Positions 1-12,109 of a stretch of 60,305 nt of DNA are shown here, in pieces. The position numbers were made by a program, and so were the translations under genes. Source of the DNA: Chiloscyllium plagiosum (Eukaryota); NCBI RefSeq assembly GCF_004010195.1, contig NC_057757.1, forward strand, positions 9,497,013-9,557,317, written 5' to 3'. Each line of letters opens with the position of its first letter. Position 1 is the stretch's first letter. The notes under the pieces are model-generated. The model searched no databases. It was not told the DNA's origin and saw nothing but the letters and a program-made list of their open reading frames with translations.

Positions 1-835
1 TCTGTCCAAATAAATTCGGGGATTCCGTAAACCCCTGGGGGAGCACAGTCCACCGGTATTGCTGTTTCCGTCCTGTCTTAGGGTCTTCCCATACAAAGGC
101 AAACAAATTCCTACTTTCCTCCGCCAAGGGACAAGCCCAAAAGGCATCTTTTAAATCTATCACACTAAACCATTTGTGGTCACGAGGGATCTTACTTAAC
201 AACGTATAGGGGTTTAGCACCACTGGGTGCCTGATCTGTAATATTCGATTTAATGTTCTCAAATCCTGCACCAATCGATAAGTTCCATTGGATTTCCGTA
301 CTGGTAGAATTGGGGTATTATAAGGAGACATACAGTCCATCTCCAACAGTCCATCTCTAATCAGTCCCTCAATTACTGGCTGCAGTCCTCGTTTACCTTC
401 TGTGGAAATAGGATATTGTCGCTTTCCGTTTTAAATTTATTAGAAGGGGAGGGTTCTGTATTTTTCCACAATTCCCTTCTCTAGCCCATACAATAGGGTC
501 TATCTCTTTCTCCACATCCTCTGTCAACATTGCCATTTGTACAACTAATTCTTTTTCCTGAATTCCAATCTCCAGTCCTAAGAGGATAATTAAGTCTCTC
601 CCTAGTAAGTTACTTCCTATATCAGGGATATACAGCAGTTCCCCTATGACCCTATCCTTAGGACCTTCTATCATCATAGGTTCAATTACTGGAACAGTAA
701 ATCCTTCCCCTTTTACCCCCGAAACAGTAATTGACCATGTCTTCGACATTTCTACTTTCTTTGGTTTAAAATTCAGCGATGACCGTGCTGCCCCCTATAG
801 GGTCCCACCTTCAGGTTTATCAAGGGTTCCTGGTG
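1..835 (-). pseudogene. pol: ERV protease and reverse transcriptase N-terminal part (frameshifted, deleted)
   Basis: RT motifs in about 1-390. The protease reads HQEPLINLKVGPY..GAARSSL..NLLGRD, with the expected DTG catalytic segment missing. Confidence 0.88.
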
Positions 836-990
836 GGCCCCCAAGGGCAGGAACCCTTAATTCTTCATCAAAATTCATAAGCGGAATTGCCCTTTCTTCC
901 CTTTGTAGATCAGGACACTCCCGCTTAAAATGCCCTATCTTACCTCCCGAAGGGGATAAGTCGTTACGTTCTTCCCCTTTTTTCTTTTGT

Positions 991-1593
991 TTATCCCCCC
1001 TTAGGCTTTGATTTAGATCCTCCGGAGGCCTCCTCTACATCTACTGTAGCTTCCCTTTCTTTTGCTGAGGATTGAGGGTCAGGAACAACAACATCCCCGT
1101 CCACCGCCCCTTCGTCCTCCTCTTGTGGGTCATCTGTTCCCTGTCCCTGTCTGTCTGTCTCTCCTCCTTCCCCATGTTCACCTAACCTGATTTTATGGTA
1201 CGGGGGACACAAACAGCCAAGAGGATCCCAGGGACTAGGTGGGGCAGAGGGGGAATCCTTTGTCTTTACTACTATCATTCCCAAACTGCCCTTCCAACAG
1301 GATGCATAGTCCGCCTCCTCTTGGCTAAAAGGTTGTTTTTTATTCACATACAAATCTAAATACTGACAGACCCAATCCTCGTCCGAACCATACTTTGGCC
1401 AGAAGACAGCCGGACGAAGGATTGGTTCTTTGGTCCATACTAAACAACAATAATTAATCATTTTCTTTTTATCTTTTGCCCTTCTACAAGTATTACTTGT
1501 CCATTCCCGCAACATCCTCCCCAACGGAGGAATGTTACTAGGGACTTTTTCTTCTTCCTTTACTCTGTGACAGCTACTCTGCCTACCCCCCAT
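991..1593 (-). pseudogene. gag: ERV Gag N-terminal (matrix) region
   Basis: ORF starts MGGRQS (myristoylation-type MGxxxS) and contains PLGRML..W and WPKYGS..W plus a PPY motif; it lies about 300 nt downstream of the PBS. Confidence 0.85.
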
Positions 1594-1889
1594 TTCCCGG
1601 GGCCCTCGCTAGTCCCTCAGCGAGTAAATACCCCTTTTCCCGGCCACCAAGGCAATACTTAAAAGTCAGGTTTCTTACCTTGGTCTGTGCACAGAGTTGC
1701 CTGGCCCCTTGTCACCATATGTTCTATCGAGCTCCTATCACTGTCTGATTCAGATGTCTCTCTTGTGGGATCCGTACCAATCGCCCAAGGGAGCAGACCA
1801 AACCAGGACACGAGACCGCTCCTCAATGGGGAACGGGACGCGTCTTCCCAGTGTCCAAGGCCAGCCACACCCCCCGGCGATGGAAGAAA

Positions 1890-1907
1890 ATCCCGGACGA
1901 GCCCCCA
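1890..1907 (-). promoter_or_regulatory. Primer binding site complementary to tRNA-Pro
   Basis: Minus strand reads TGGGGGCTCGTCCGGGAT, the canonical 18-nt tRNA-Pro PBS, 2 nt after the LTR-terminal CA at 1911-1910. Confidence 0.95.
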
Positions 1908-1909
1908 AT

Positions 1910-2083
1910 TGTGAGAAACAAAGCTCACACACTTCAATAATTGCAGTCCGAGACAAAATCTGAATCAGTAGTGTCCTTTATTTTTACACTTGCAAGTGGG
2001 TGTGATGTCCAGTGCCAGGCAAGGCAGAGGACATACACACACCAAATTCAACAAACTCTCGATATTTATATAATTTGGTTCCT
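1910..2083 (-). promoter_or_regulatory. ERV 5' LTR (end of U3, R, U5), running into the gap
   Basis: Minus strand has TATATAAA at 2072-2065, AATAAA at 1982-1977 and a terminal CA next to the PBS. Confidence 0.85.
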
Positions 2084-2327
2084 NNNNNNNNNNNNNNNNN
2101 NNNNNNNNNNNNNNNNNNNNNNNNNNNNNNNNNNNNNNNNNNNNNNNNNNNNNNNNNNNNNNNNNNNNNNNNNNNNNNNNNNNNNNNNNNNNNNNNNNNN
2201 NNNNNNNNNNNNNNNNNNNNNNNNNNNNNNNNNNNNNNNNNNNNNNNNNNNNNNNNNNNNNNNNNNNNNNNNNNNNNNNNNNNNNNNNNNNNNNNNNNNN
2301 NNNNNNNNNNNNNNNNNNNNNNNNNNN
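2084..2327. other. Assembly gap (N run)
   Basis: Run of N; ORFs spanning it are artefacts. Confidence 1.
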
Positions 2328-2440
2328 TAGGTAAGGGGTAAATGTAGGGGTATGGGTGCGTTTCGCTTCGGCGGGTCGGTGTGGACTTGTTGGGCCGAAG
2401 GGCCTGTTTCCACACTGTAATGTAATCTAATCTAATCTAA
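2328..2440 (+). mobile_element. HE1-type SINE 3' end with (AATCT)n tail
   Basis: gggtcggtgtggacttgttgggccgaagggcctgtttccacactg followed by taatctaatctaatc; matches the 3' half of the full copy at 43001-43315. Confidence 0.8.
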
Positions 2441-2779
2441 AAAAAAACCTACTGTTTGTACAGGCGTATCTAGCCTAACTTCATCCCCTCACAACATCTT
2501 ATCTATTTGCCCATAGTATCTACCATTGTTTTGCAATCATGTTTCATGCTGACATACAACTTTAGCTAATACAAAAACAATTATATATTTCCTCCACATA
2601 GTTCCCATTTTGTTGACTCAGCTCTCGGCCGAAACAACCCCACACTGGTGTGAGTTCATTTACTTTGTATCAGAAATTATAATTGCAGAATTGCAGAACT
2701 GCAGAAGTAACATTAATTTACCTACATCCCACATCACTCATGGAAGGAACATTTACAGAATTTATCAGACTTGTTCGAT

Positions 2780-4367
2780 CGACTTCGGAGGGCAGGCTTG
2801 TTGGTAAACCTGGCTAAAAGTGAATTTGCCAAAGCCCAAGTCACCTTCCTGGGCCATGTTATGGGACACAGACAAATGGCCCCATGGGATTAATTGGGGA
2901 AATTCCCACCCCATCGACAAAAAGAGCTGTATTATGGTTCCTGAGATTGAGTGGATTTTATCAAAAGTTTGTGCCGAACTTTAGCAGTGTGGCTGCTCCA
3001 CTCCCTGAATTGCGAAAGAAAGGCAAGAAGTTTCAGTGGACAGCCTGAAAACTGTGTTACCTACTGTATTAGCCATGCCTAGTAATGCAAAGCCTTTCAA
3101 GGTGGCTATTGATGCCAGTGCTCCTGCTGTGCTCCTGCAGGAAGACAACGAGAAGATAAAAAGACCTATCGGGTATTTCTCCGGGAAATTCAATGTTCAT
3201 CAGCAGAAATATTCAACAGTTGAGAAAGAGACTTTATGCTTGGTGTTGGCGCTACAACATTTCAGTGTTTATGCTACCAATAACGCATCTGAGACAATCA
3301 TACACATTGATCATAACCCATTGGAGTTTGTGGAGACATTTAAGGATAAAAATGCCAGATTGTTTTGATGGAGCTTGGAATTACAGCCATTCAATTTGAC
3401 AATTGTGCATGTGGCAGGTCGAGAAAACATGATTACTGATGCGTTGTTGAGACTTGGATGTGAAACAGAGACATTCAGTGGTGGGAGAACCACAGACTGA
3501 ATCCGAATGTGGTTGTGCACGTTTGCATGTTTATAGTTAGTGAATGTATAGTGTGTTTAAGTACTAACCAATTGAAAATGAAGCCATATTTAGATATTGA
3601 TGGTTCATTTTTCTTTTAAGGGGGGAGATGTCACAACGCTGGTCTGGTACAAGGTTACTTTGCTTTTGAGTTTTTTTTTAAGAGAGGGAGTAATTGGCCA
3701 GGCTCCATTGTGCCTGAAGTTTGAATGGTTCATTGGGACCTTGTTTACCCGAATAGATAGAGCTTCAGGCCAAAAGCTTGAAAAGCCTTTCGAAAACAAA
3801 ACTGGTACAGTCAAGGGGGCGGGGCCAGCTCTCTAGCTGTGCAGTTCAATTCAGTTCAGGAGAGAGTTGAATAAGAGTCACAGGTGAAACTGGAAGCTTC
3901 TCTCTGTCCTTCTGCCCTTATGATTTAGAACTGTAGGTTGCCTGTGTCATTGTTTACTGGTTGTACGAAGGGATGTGTGTATTGGGGCTGTTGCAAGTAT
4001 TTTCGGAACTGTATCATTCAGTCAGGTTTGGATAGGATAAGTTTGGGGCGGCACGGTGGCACAGTGGTTAGCACTGCTGCCTCACAGCGCCAGAACGAAG
4101 GGATGTGTGTATTGGGGCTGTTGCAAGTATTTTCGGAACTGTATCATTCAGTCAGGTTTGGATAGGATAAATTATCCAGCATTCTGTTTTCTGTTGTCTT
4201 TCATTCTGCAATTTTGTAAATGACTTTTATTTGTTTAAAAGCTGGTAGTCTACCTAACTAATTTACTCCGGGAATATCCACTATACATCTAGCTCAACAA
4301 AGAGCAAAGCTACGGATTTGCCTACCTGCTTATAAGTATATTGATGGGTCTGGCCTAGTCCATAACA
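2780..4367 (+). mobile_element. Ty3/gypsy LTR retrotransposon remnant: RT end, RNase H, PPT and putative 3' LTR
   Basis: VNLAKSEFAKAQVTFLGH; FKVAIDAS; YSTVEKETLCLVLALQHF; DHNPL; HVAGREN.ITDALLR. Purine tract aaggggggaga at about 3618-3628, then TGTCAC at 3629 and a candidate LTR end ATAACA at 4367. Confidence 0.85.
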
Positions 4368-4914
4368 TGGGAGGTTGTTTCTCCTTGTGGGAGAGTCTGG
4401 GGAAAGGGAGGACAATCAGAGGGTTACACATTTACGACAGAGATGGGGAAGAATTCCTTTTCTCAGATGGTTGTGAATCTATAGAATTTTTTTTACTGCA
4501 GACAGCAGGCACGACTGAGTCACCCAAAAGCAAGGGAGAGTCAAGTGTCGACGTGGGACTGCTGAGAAATGGGGGTGGAGAGCAGTGATGGAGAGCAAAG
4601 AAATGGCATTGAAACTAAGTTTTCACATCAGTTTTCACAGTGAGAAGAAACAAGCAGCATACCAGACTTCAAGAGAGTCAGGGAACAGAGGTGACTGCAT
4701 TAACCATCACTAAGGGGAAGGTGCTGGTGAAGCTGAAAGGTCTGAAGACGGAAAGATCAGCTGCTCAGGCTGGACTACATCCCAGGGTTCTGAAGGAAAT
4801 AGCTGAGAAAATGTGGAGGAATTGGTGGTGATCTTTCAGGAATCACTGGTGTCAGGAAGGATCTCAGAGAACTGGAAAATAGCTAATGTTTAAAAAGGGA
4901 TAGAGGCAGAAAAT

Positions 4915-5116
4915 AGGAAGCTATAGGTCAGATAGCCCAGGAAGCTTGGTCAGTTAGCCCAGAAAGCTATAGGTCAGATAGCCCAGGAAGCTATAGGTCA
5001 GTTAGCCCAGGAAGCTATAGGTCAGATAGCCCAGGAAGCTATAGGTCAGTTAGCCTAGGAAGCTATAGGTCAGATAGCCCAGGAAGCTATAGGTCAGTTA
5101 GTCCAGGAAGCTATAG
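4915..5116 (+). repeat. 24-bp minisatellite, about 8 units
   Basis: Unit aggaagctataggtcag(a/t)tagccc repeated in tandem inside the LINE. Confidence 0.9.
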
Positions 5117-5310
5117 CCTGACCTTAGTTGTTGGTTAGATTTTTGAGTCTGTTATTAAAGATAACATTGTGGAGTACTTGGACGTACATGAGAAACTAGG
5201 GCTGAGTCAGCACGACTTTGACAAGGAAAGGCCATGCCTGACAAATCTTTTAGAAGTTTTGAGGAGGTAATGAGCAAGTTAGACAAAGGAGAGACAGTGG
5301 ATGTGATCTA

Positions 5311-5486
5311 CAGAGGAGCCTCGATTATCTGAACAACACGGCTGGGGAGTATTTTGTTCAGATAATCAAATGTTCGGATAATCAAACGCTGGATAACACA
5401 ATTTAGCCCAGCATCAGGACCTTGCGATCTTGTCCAGATAATCTGAAATTCGGATAGTTGAATGCTGGATAATTGAGGTTCATCTA
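5311..5486. mobile_element. pogo/Tigger-like MITE inserted at a TA in the CR1 RT
   Basis: Imperfect TIRs cagaggagcctcgattatc and gataattgaggttcatcta; removing the element restores the LINE DVIY-LDF motif. Confidence 0.7.
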
Positions 5487-5663
5487 CATTTGGATTTTAA
5501 GAAGGCCTTTGACAAGGTTCTGCACAGGAGGCTGCTAAATATGAGCTCCTGGTGTTCAGAGCAAGGTACTTGCATGGATAGTGGATTGGCTGACTGGCAG
5601 AAGGCAGAGTGTGAGGATAAAGGGGTCTTCTTCTGGTTGGCAGCTGGTGACTAGTAGAGTTCT

Positions 5664-5883
5664 TCGAGGAGAAAGTGAGGTCTGCAGATGCTGGAGATCA
5701 AAGTTGAAACTTTATTCCTGGAACAGCACAGCAGGTCAGGCAGCATCCAGGGAACAGGAGATTCGACGTTTCGGGCACAGGCCCTTCTTCAGGAAATGAA
5801 GAAGGGCCTGTGCCCGAAACGTCGAATCTCCTGTTCCCTGGATGCTGCCTGACCTGCTGTGCTGTTCCAGCAATAAAGTTTCG
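5664..5883. mobile_element. Palindromic PLE terminal-repeat insertion (family A)
   Basis: Inverted arms at 5706-5791 and 5797-5882 (one mismatch, 5-nt loop); TSD actagtagagttct at 5650-5663 and 5884-5897. Confidence 0.85.
5765..5792 (-). ncRNA. Minimal hammerhead ribozyme motif (PLE type)
   Basis: CTGAAGA-A-GGGC-CTGT-GCCC-GAAACGTC. Confidence 0.7.
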
Positions 5884-6064
5884 ACTAGTAGAGTTCTGCA
5901 GGGCTAGAATGCAAGAGCAGAGATGTACTGCTAGGGTTGTGTAAGGCTCTGGTCAGACTATATTTCGAATACTGTGAGCAGTTTTGAGCCCCGTATCAAA
6001 GAGAGGACGTGCTGGCCTTGAAGGGGGTCCAGAGGAGGTTTACAAGAATGACCCCAGAAATGAA

Positions 6065-6236
6065 TCGGAGATGCCGGTGTTGGACTGGGGTGTACAAAGT
6101 TAAAAATCACACAACACCAGGTTATAGTCCAACAGGTTTAATTGGAAGCACACTAGCTTTAGGAGTGTTGCTCCGAACGCTAGTGTGCTTCCAATTAAAC
6201 CTGTTGGACTATAACCTGGTGTTGTGTGATTTTTAA
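6065..6236. mobile_element. Palindromic PLE-like terminal insertion (family C)
   Basis: Arms at about 6100-6157 and 6179-6236; TSD cccagaaatgaa at 6053-6064 and 6237-6248; same family as 33178-33327 and 38142-38246. Confidence 0.75.
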
Positions 6237-8595
6237 CCCAGAAATGAAGGGTTTGTCATATGAAGACCGGTTGAGGTCTGTACTCGATGCAGTTCAGAAG
6301 GATGAGAGGGGTTCTGATTGAAACAGAATACTGAGAGGCCTGGATAGAGTAGACACGAAGAAGATGTTTCCCACAGGAGGGAACCAGGAGCCGAGGGCAT
6401 AGCCTCAGGGTGAAGGGATGACTCTTTAGAACTGGGAGGAGGAGGAATTTCTTCAGCCAGAGGGTGGTTAATCAATGAAAGTTATTGCTGCAGAGGGCTT
6501 TGGAGGCCAAATCATTGAGTGTATTTAAGACAGAGACAAATAGGTTGTTGTTTAGTAAGGGGGAATCAAGGGTCACAGGGAAAAGGCAGGAGAATGGGGT
6601 TGAGACATACGTCAGCCATAATCAAATGACGGAACAGACTTGATGGGCCAAATGGCCTAATTCTACTTCCATGTCTTATAGTCTTATTGTTAAATGTATT
6701 CAAGGTTGAGACAGAGGTTTAATCATGAGGAAAAGGCAGAAAATGGAGTTGAGGATTATCAGATCAGCCTGGATCACATTGAATGGTGGCGCTGACTTGC
6801 CTGTTCCTACATCTTACTGTCTGATGGCCTTGTCTTTCCAATTGTCGCTGTAGATACCAGAGACAGACATTATTGAGCCTTTTTTCTTGGCGGGTATTGG
6901 TTGGGTTTCCTGGCCAGAAAGCTGAGGGTGCAGTACCTGGAAAAGCACCTTGCTCCTGAAAGTCACTTGGTTGTTCCTAGCTGCCCATCTTGTTGGGAGT
7001 GGCTCCCTTGTCAATGAGCTTGCAGAGTTCTGTCAGTGATACCAAAATATTTTTAATCAACCTCTTCTGAGATGTTATTACACACCTCTGGCTCAGGTGG
7101 GACATGAACCCAGGGCTCCTGGCTCAGAGATAGAGACACTACCACTATGCCAGAAGTTGACTCTGAGCACGGTGGGAGACACCTTTGATACTCAGTAGCA
7201 CAACAGAATCTGTGTTTCTGTAGGATACCACTTTTGCAAACTTTACATCCTCTTCTCTCCACCAACATTGCACTCCCACAACAACTCTGCCTGTTCATGT
7301 CCAGCTTTGGGACTTTGTTGCTGCTGGTTGAATCCCAGCCAACATCTTCCCATTCCACATTACCTGCACAGCTCAGGAAAGCTATCAACTAGGTTAGTAC
7401 CCAAGTTCCTACTTGCCTATGGGAGACAAGACTTATACAATGGGCTGGAAAGTTAAAGAAAAGATTACTTTTAAGCATGGGATTCAGAAAAAGGTCACTG
7501 AATGAGTATAATCCAACTTCCAGAAAACCATGAAAATGAACAACCAGGACAGTCAAAAAAAACAGAAAGTGGAACCAACATGAAAAACCAAGTTGCTTAA
7601 CAAAACCAAGTGTGCAAATTTCAGCCATGGAATCAAGGTACAAATCTGATTACGAGAGAAACTATTCAGAGTGTAAGTGATCTTGAGAAATCTCCAGGAT
7701 AGGAATTGAGTGCTTCCAAGAAATCTTTGGATGTATTCAATCACATGAAGAACAAAAGGCATATTTTTCAACATACAAGACTTTGCAATTGGAGACCAAC
7801 TCATCTGGAAAGCCTACAGCAAAAGAGATCATTAAAACTACAAAACTAACACTAGAACATTTACTTAAACCAGTTGAGAAATAATCAATTGTACTTTAAA
7901 ATTTTTTTATGTTCCCAATCCAATTCCTAGGATTTAGTCACATTAATAACATTTCCATTTAATCACATCTAAATTTTATTTTTGATTACTATACAGTTTT
8001 GCATATTAAATTTCACATTGTTCCAAACAGTTAAATACAGTCGACTCCACTTGGGTGCATGTGGCAAGAGCAGTTTCAAGTTCTATAATTTAGCTTTGTT
8101 AATTTTCCTTCCATTTGTTTACAGTCCCAATCCTCTAATGAAACATTGGCATTTAATACTTGTTTTTCCCTCTTACAAATTGGTGGATTCCTGCTAACCA
8201 TCAATGGGAGTAAACTGTCAGGTTATCCACATCAGTGGTACAGATAGTTCAAGTTCTTTGATCTTCTAGTTAGAACTCTACAATTTCATTACCATATGAC
8301 ATCTCAGTTAGTTGTTGGAAGATGGTCCACTTGTGAAAGTGAGCCTTAAGGAGAACAGTTCTGCATGCACAAGGTGGAAAGGACAGCAAGTGTTATTGCC
8401 AGATGCTTCGAAGGGGGGTTGACTGTAATGCACACCTCAAACAACTTCCCTCACACAAAACAAAACATTCTGTTGGTGTTGGATTCTTTAATATAGAGCA
8501 AACATTGTACAGCGTGTATACTTTGTCCCGTATGAGTCCAGAGACTATGTATCACCAAATAAGCATTTGGACACCTCAGACAAGCATATTGTGAG

Positions 8596-8648
8596 GTGTG
8601 TGTGTGTGTGTGTCTGTGTGTGTGTCTGTGTGTGTGTGTCTGTGTGTA
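8596..8648. repeat. (GT)n microsatellite
   Basis: Visible directly. Confidence 0.95.
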
Positions 8649-9664
8649 CTGCACACACCACAAATTAACAGTAATTATAAGATGTCATAACAAAAATATA
8701 TGCATTAAATTTTCTTTTACTAAAGTTGTCAATGGGAACTGATTCTTCTTGTTTTTAAAAAAACACAAAGCATTTTTAACATAAAAGTTAGACAATCATT
8801 TGCAACTTGTATTCCAAAGTACTCATTGTCCATGCTCCAATATGTTTTAATACTAGGTATCTGTTTATCTGGCTGAATGTTGTAAAATAGTCTTTTGGAC
8901 AATGTGTTTAAAAGCCCCTCAAGAACCAATGTATGCGATAGGATTTTGGAAGGGGTATAATACAGAAGAAATTACTAAGGGTTTCCAACCCTTTACAACA
9001 CCAGCACTAAACAACAAAGAACACAAATCGATTACAAAGCCTAATGCCTGACACATGAAGGGAATCTGCACTCTGATTGATTTTGCCTCTCAGCTACAGA
9101 GAGCTGGAGTCCCAAAGTCTCAGAAATCCAGAAGCACATTACAGACATGGTGCTCAGACCTTCAGGGAAGTGCACATCACACTTACACATGTGCTACACC
9201 GAAGAATTTATGTGAGATCACTCGTGCCACAGGCCTCTGGAATGTGTTGAATAAAATGGGACTACTTTATTAACTAATGAGCATGCTCGCACTATCGTAT
9301 CCATCTCTAACCAGGTTAGAGAAATCTAAACATGATCCAAAGCCATTCCCAAGGCATTGTGTTCAAAAATAGATATATGTGTTTATAGATCTATACATAT
9401 ACTGCTTTCTCCAATAACAGGCTGGGAATTTTCAATAATAGTTCATGGAGAGCAACAAAATGGGAAAGCATTTTAGAGAAATTTGATTGTCTTGCTTACT
9501 CCCATTTTTAATGAAGTTTCCATTAACAAAAACAATAACAACTTTTGTAGTGATATCGTTTGGTGCAATCTTTGGTAATGCCTGGAATCACCATGGAAAC
9601 AAATAATGTGATCAGGAACACGAGAGGAATGAAGTGAGTTCCCAGGATTTCTGAGTTACTCTCT

Positions 9665-9860
9665 CTCACACAAATACACACCGTACACACAAACACACTC
9701 GTACACATAAATACACACCCGTACACACAAACACACACCCGTACACACAAAGACACTCGTACACATAAATACACACTCGTATACACAAACGGACAGAAAG
9801 GCTGTCTACAGGCAAACTCACATACAAATGCACACACACACACATGCGCACACGCACACA
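9665..9860. repeat. CA-rich repeat with an approximately 20-bp period
   Basis: Recurring acac(a/t/c)cgtacaca(c/t)aaa units. Confidence 0.85.
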
Positions 9861-11454
9861 CTTATGCAAGTACAGGCGTACATACAAACAGTTAAGTACA
9901 GACGGACTCAAGCAAACTTATAAAGGGAAATGTATACAAAGTTTTATTCAAACACAGGAGCACTCACACATTCAAACACACACACACACGTTCTAAAAAA
10001 ACATAAGCACGCAGGCACTTCAGCAAACACATTCAAACCAAGTGAACTCAACTCAGCTCAGGAACAATCAGATCCACAGCTTCAAGTGGTGTACTTTTTA
10101 AAATCAAGTTTGGACACTTGCACAAGTCAGATTTGATCTGGATTGTATTTAGAATGACTTAAGAATCACTAAGTTTGCATGACACCATTTGTATCTGAAT
10201 CTTTAATCTGGACAATCAGTCAATTCAGATTTGAACTGATTAGAATCTGGAGCAGAAAGTGGACTGAGAATCTTCACCTAAACAGCAATGTTGCAATTGG
10301 TCTCTAGGCTCATTGAACCTTTGGATAGATGTAAAAAGGAATTGCAGACAGATTGCAGTCGGATAAAAAAAAACACCATCAGTTAACTACTTTTACAATG
10401 ATCTGTAATCAGCTTGGAGCTATAGAACATGCAGAGAAAAATAAAATTGTCCCATTGTATCACGTCATACATATACGCTGAGAGTAGTGCATGGTGCCTG
10501 GCAGTGTATAGAATAGGTTGATCTGGTTCAAGACTAACTGTGATGTAGAAAAGTGTTTCAAAATTAGGGATGCAATGATTCAGAAAATCCAAACTGTACT
10601 GACAAATTTTCAGGCTGACTAAGATCTCAGCTGCCAGTTTGACATTGATAACACCGAAATCTCAATGTAGAAAAACCAAAGTTGATTTAACATTGACTGT
10701 ATATATACATTAACAGAGTCTTTCAAAGTTAATGAAAATTCAGTGGTCAACCATCTTGTACGCCTAAGAAAGGAGTTCAGTGCTCAGTTAAAGATCAGTC
10801 AATGTATGGTCTGAAGAAATGGACTAAGCAGTACATGCGCTGAAGGAATCCAGTCAAATGATTCCTGTCTGTGGAGGAATTACTGGTTTCATTTCACTAA
10901 AACTGTAGCTTGAGCAGTAAGAAATAAAAAAGCATGTCGGACAAAAACTAGCATTAATCTAGTTTCAGGAGTTTTCGTGAATGATCTAGCCCATTATTTA
11001 ACAGCAAGGGTACCCCACTATGTTTGTCCAGCAATAGATTCTCTACAGGATATCATAACCCCTTTGGCAAACTGGTTATGATCCAAAATGACCAAACAAC
11101 AGTATTAACATTAATTTATTTTTGCTTATCCGGATCATTTAAGGCATCATATATCACCATGAAGTAGCGAGATTGAACTCAATGGCACTGTGGCTCAATA
11201 AAGGACAGAACTTATTCACATTGATATGACTTCGATGAGAAAAGGTGGGACTCACTGTACTAAAGCGAAATTCCAAGCATCATATATTTGTGTACAGTAC
11301 AGTTTCCAGGTTGGTCAGATGACAGAAGAATGAACTTGATGAGAAAGTTTTACTATGAGTTTTGACTATGCACTTTTTAACCCTTACATTACCAGCAGAT
11401 TCCCAGAAACATCTCCTTTGACTGACTTAGTCTGTTTTCGGTTGAAGTTTTAGA

Positions 11455-11790
11455 AATTCATTCAAGGATGTGAGTAACATTGGCCAGACCAGCACTTATT
11501 ACCCATCCCTAATTGCCCAGAGGACAATGAAGTGTCAATCTGTAGGTATGGAGTCACGTGTAGGCCAGATCAGTTAAGGATGGCAATTTCCTTCCCTAAA
11601 GGACATTAATGAACCAGATGGGATTTTGTGACAATTGACAATGGTTTCATGATCATCATTAGATTCCTAATTCCAGATATTTATTGAAATCAAATTCCAC
11701 CATCAGCCATGGCAGGATTTGAACCTGGGACCCTAGAACAGTGTCTCTGGATTAATTGTCCTGTGATAATATCACTAGATCATCACCTCC
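11455..11790 (-). mobile_element. tRNA-headed SINE with LINE-like 3' tail (second SINE family)
   Basis: Minus-strand B-box-like ggttcaaatcc near 11715-11725 and tail ttagggatgggtaataagtgctgg; related copy on + at 55505-55800. Confidence 0.7.
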
Positions 11791-12109
11791 CCTAGAGATC
11801 AGTTACAATACAAACCCTATTTACAAAAGGTAGGCCTGGCTTTATTACTGTAACACTATGACCCAATTATTACATGACACAATTAAATTCTGATTTTGAA
11901 GAAACTAAAATGATTCAATCCACCCATCCCTTTTCTCTCCGGTCGTGAGGCCTTCACTCTTTTGAAATTTGAACTTAATTTATGTTTGAACTTAAAAACA
12001 AAACCTTTTTGTTTTTAAAAAGAGGTTTAAGTCCTCTTTAAAAACTGTTCAAGTCCTTCCTCCCAACTGTTCACTTTTGGTGAGAGACAATGAAAGAAAA
12101 TGTCCTAAA

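Larger units (their letters stand above)
1..2083 (-). mobile_element. Class I (gamma/epsilon-like) endogenous retrovirus: partial 5' LTR, PBS, gag, pro and pol 5' part; internally deleted and truncated by the window start and the N gap
   Basis: Minus-strand order is LTR (1910-2083), PBS (1890-1907), gag MA, partial zinc knuckle GKIGHFKREC (915-944), protease remnant (DIGSNLLGRD), then RT motifs SPYNTPILPVRK, YRLVQDLR, IDLKDAFW and YRWTVLPQGFTESPNLFGQ. Confidence 0.93.
4520..6690 (+). mobile_element. Decayed CR1-type LINE (RT to 3' tail) with nested insertions
   Basis: Fragmented motifs HPRVLKE, SQHDF..GRPCLTNL, DVIY/LDFKKAFDKV and VQRRFTRM, plus a CR1-like 3' tail. Confidence 0.85.

Noticed and set aside
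1941..2415. ORFs spanning the N run
   Set aside because: Gap artefacts.
5706..5882. pre-miRNA or DNA-transposon MITE interpretation of the hairpins
   Set aside because: The arms are PLE terminal sequence and TSD lengths vary from 10 to 17 bp, unlike the fixed TSDs of DNA transposons.
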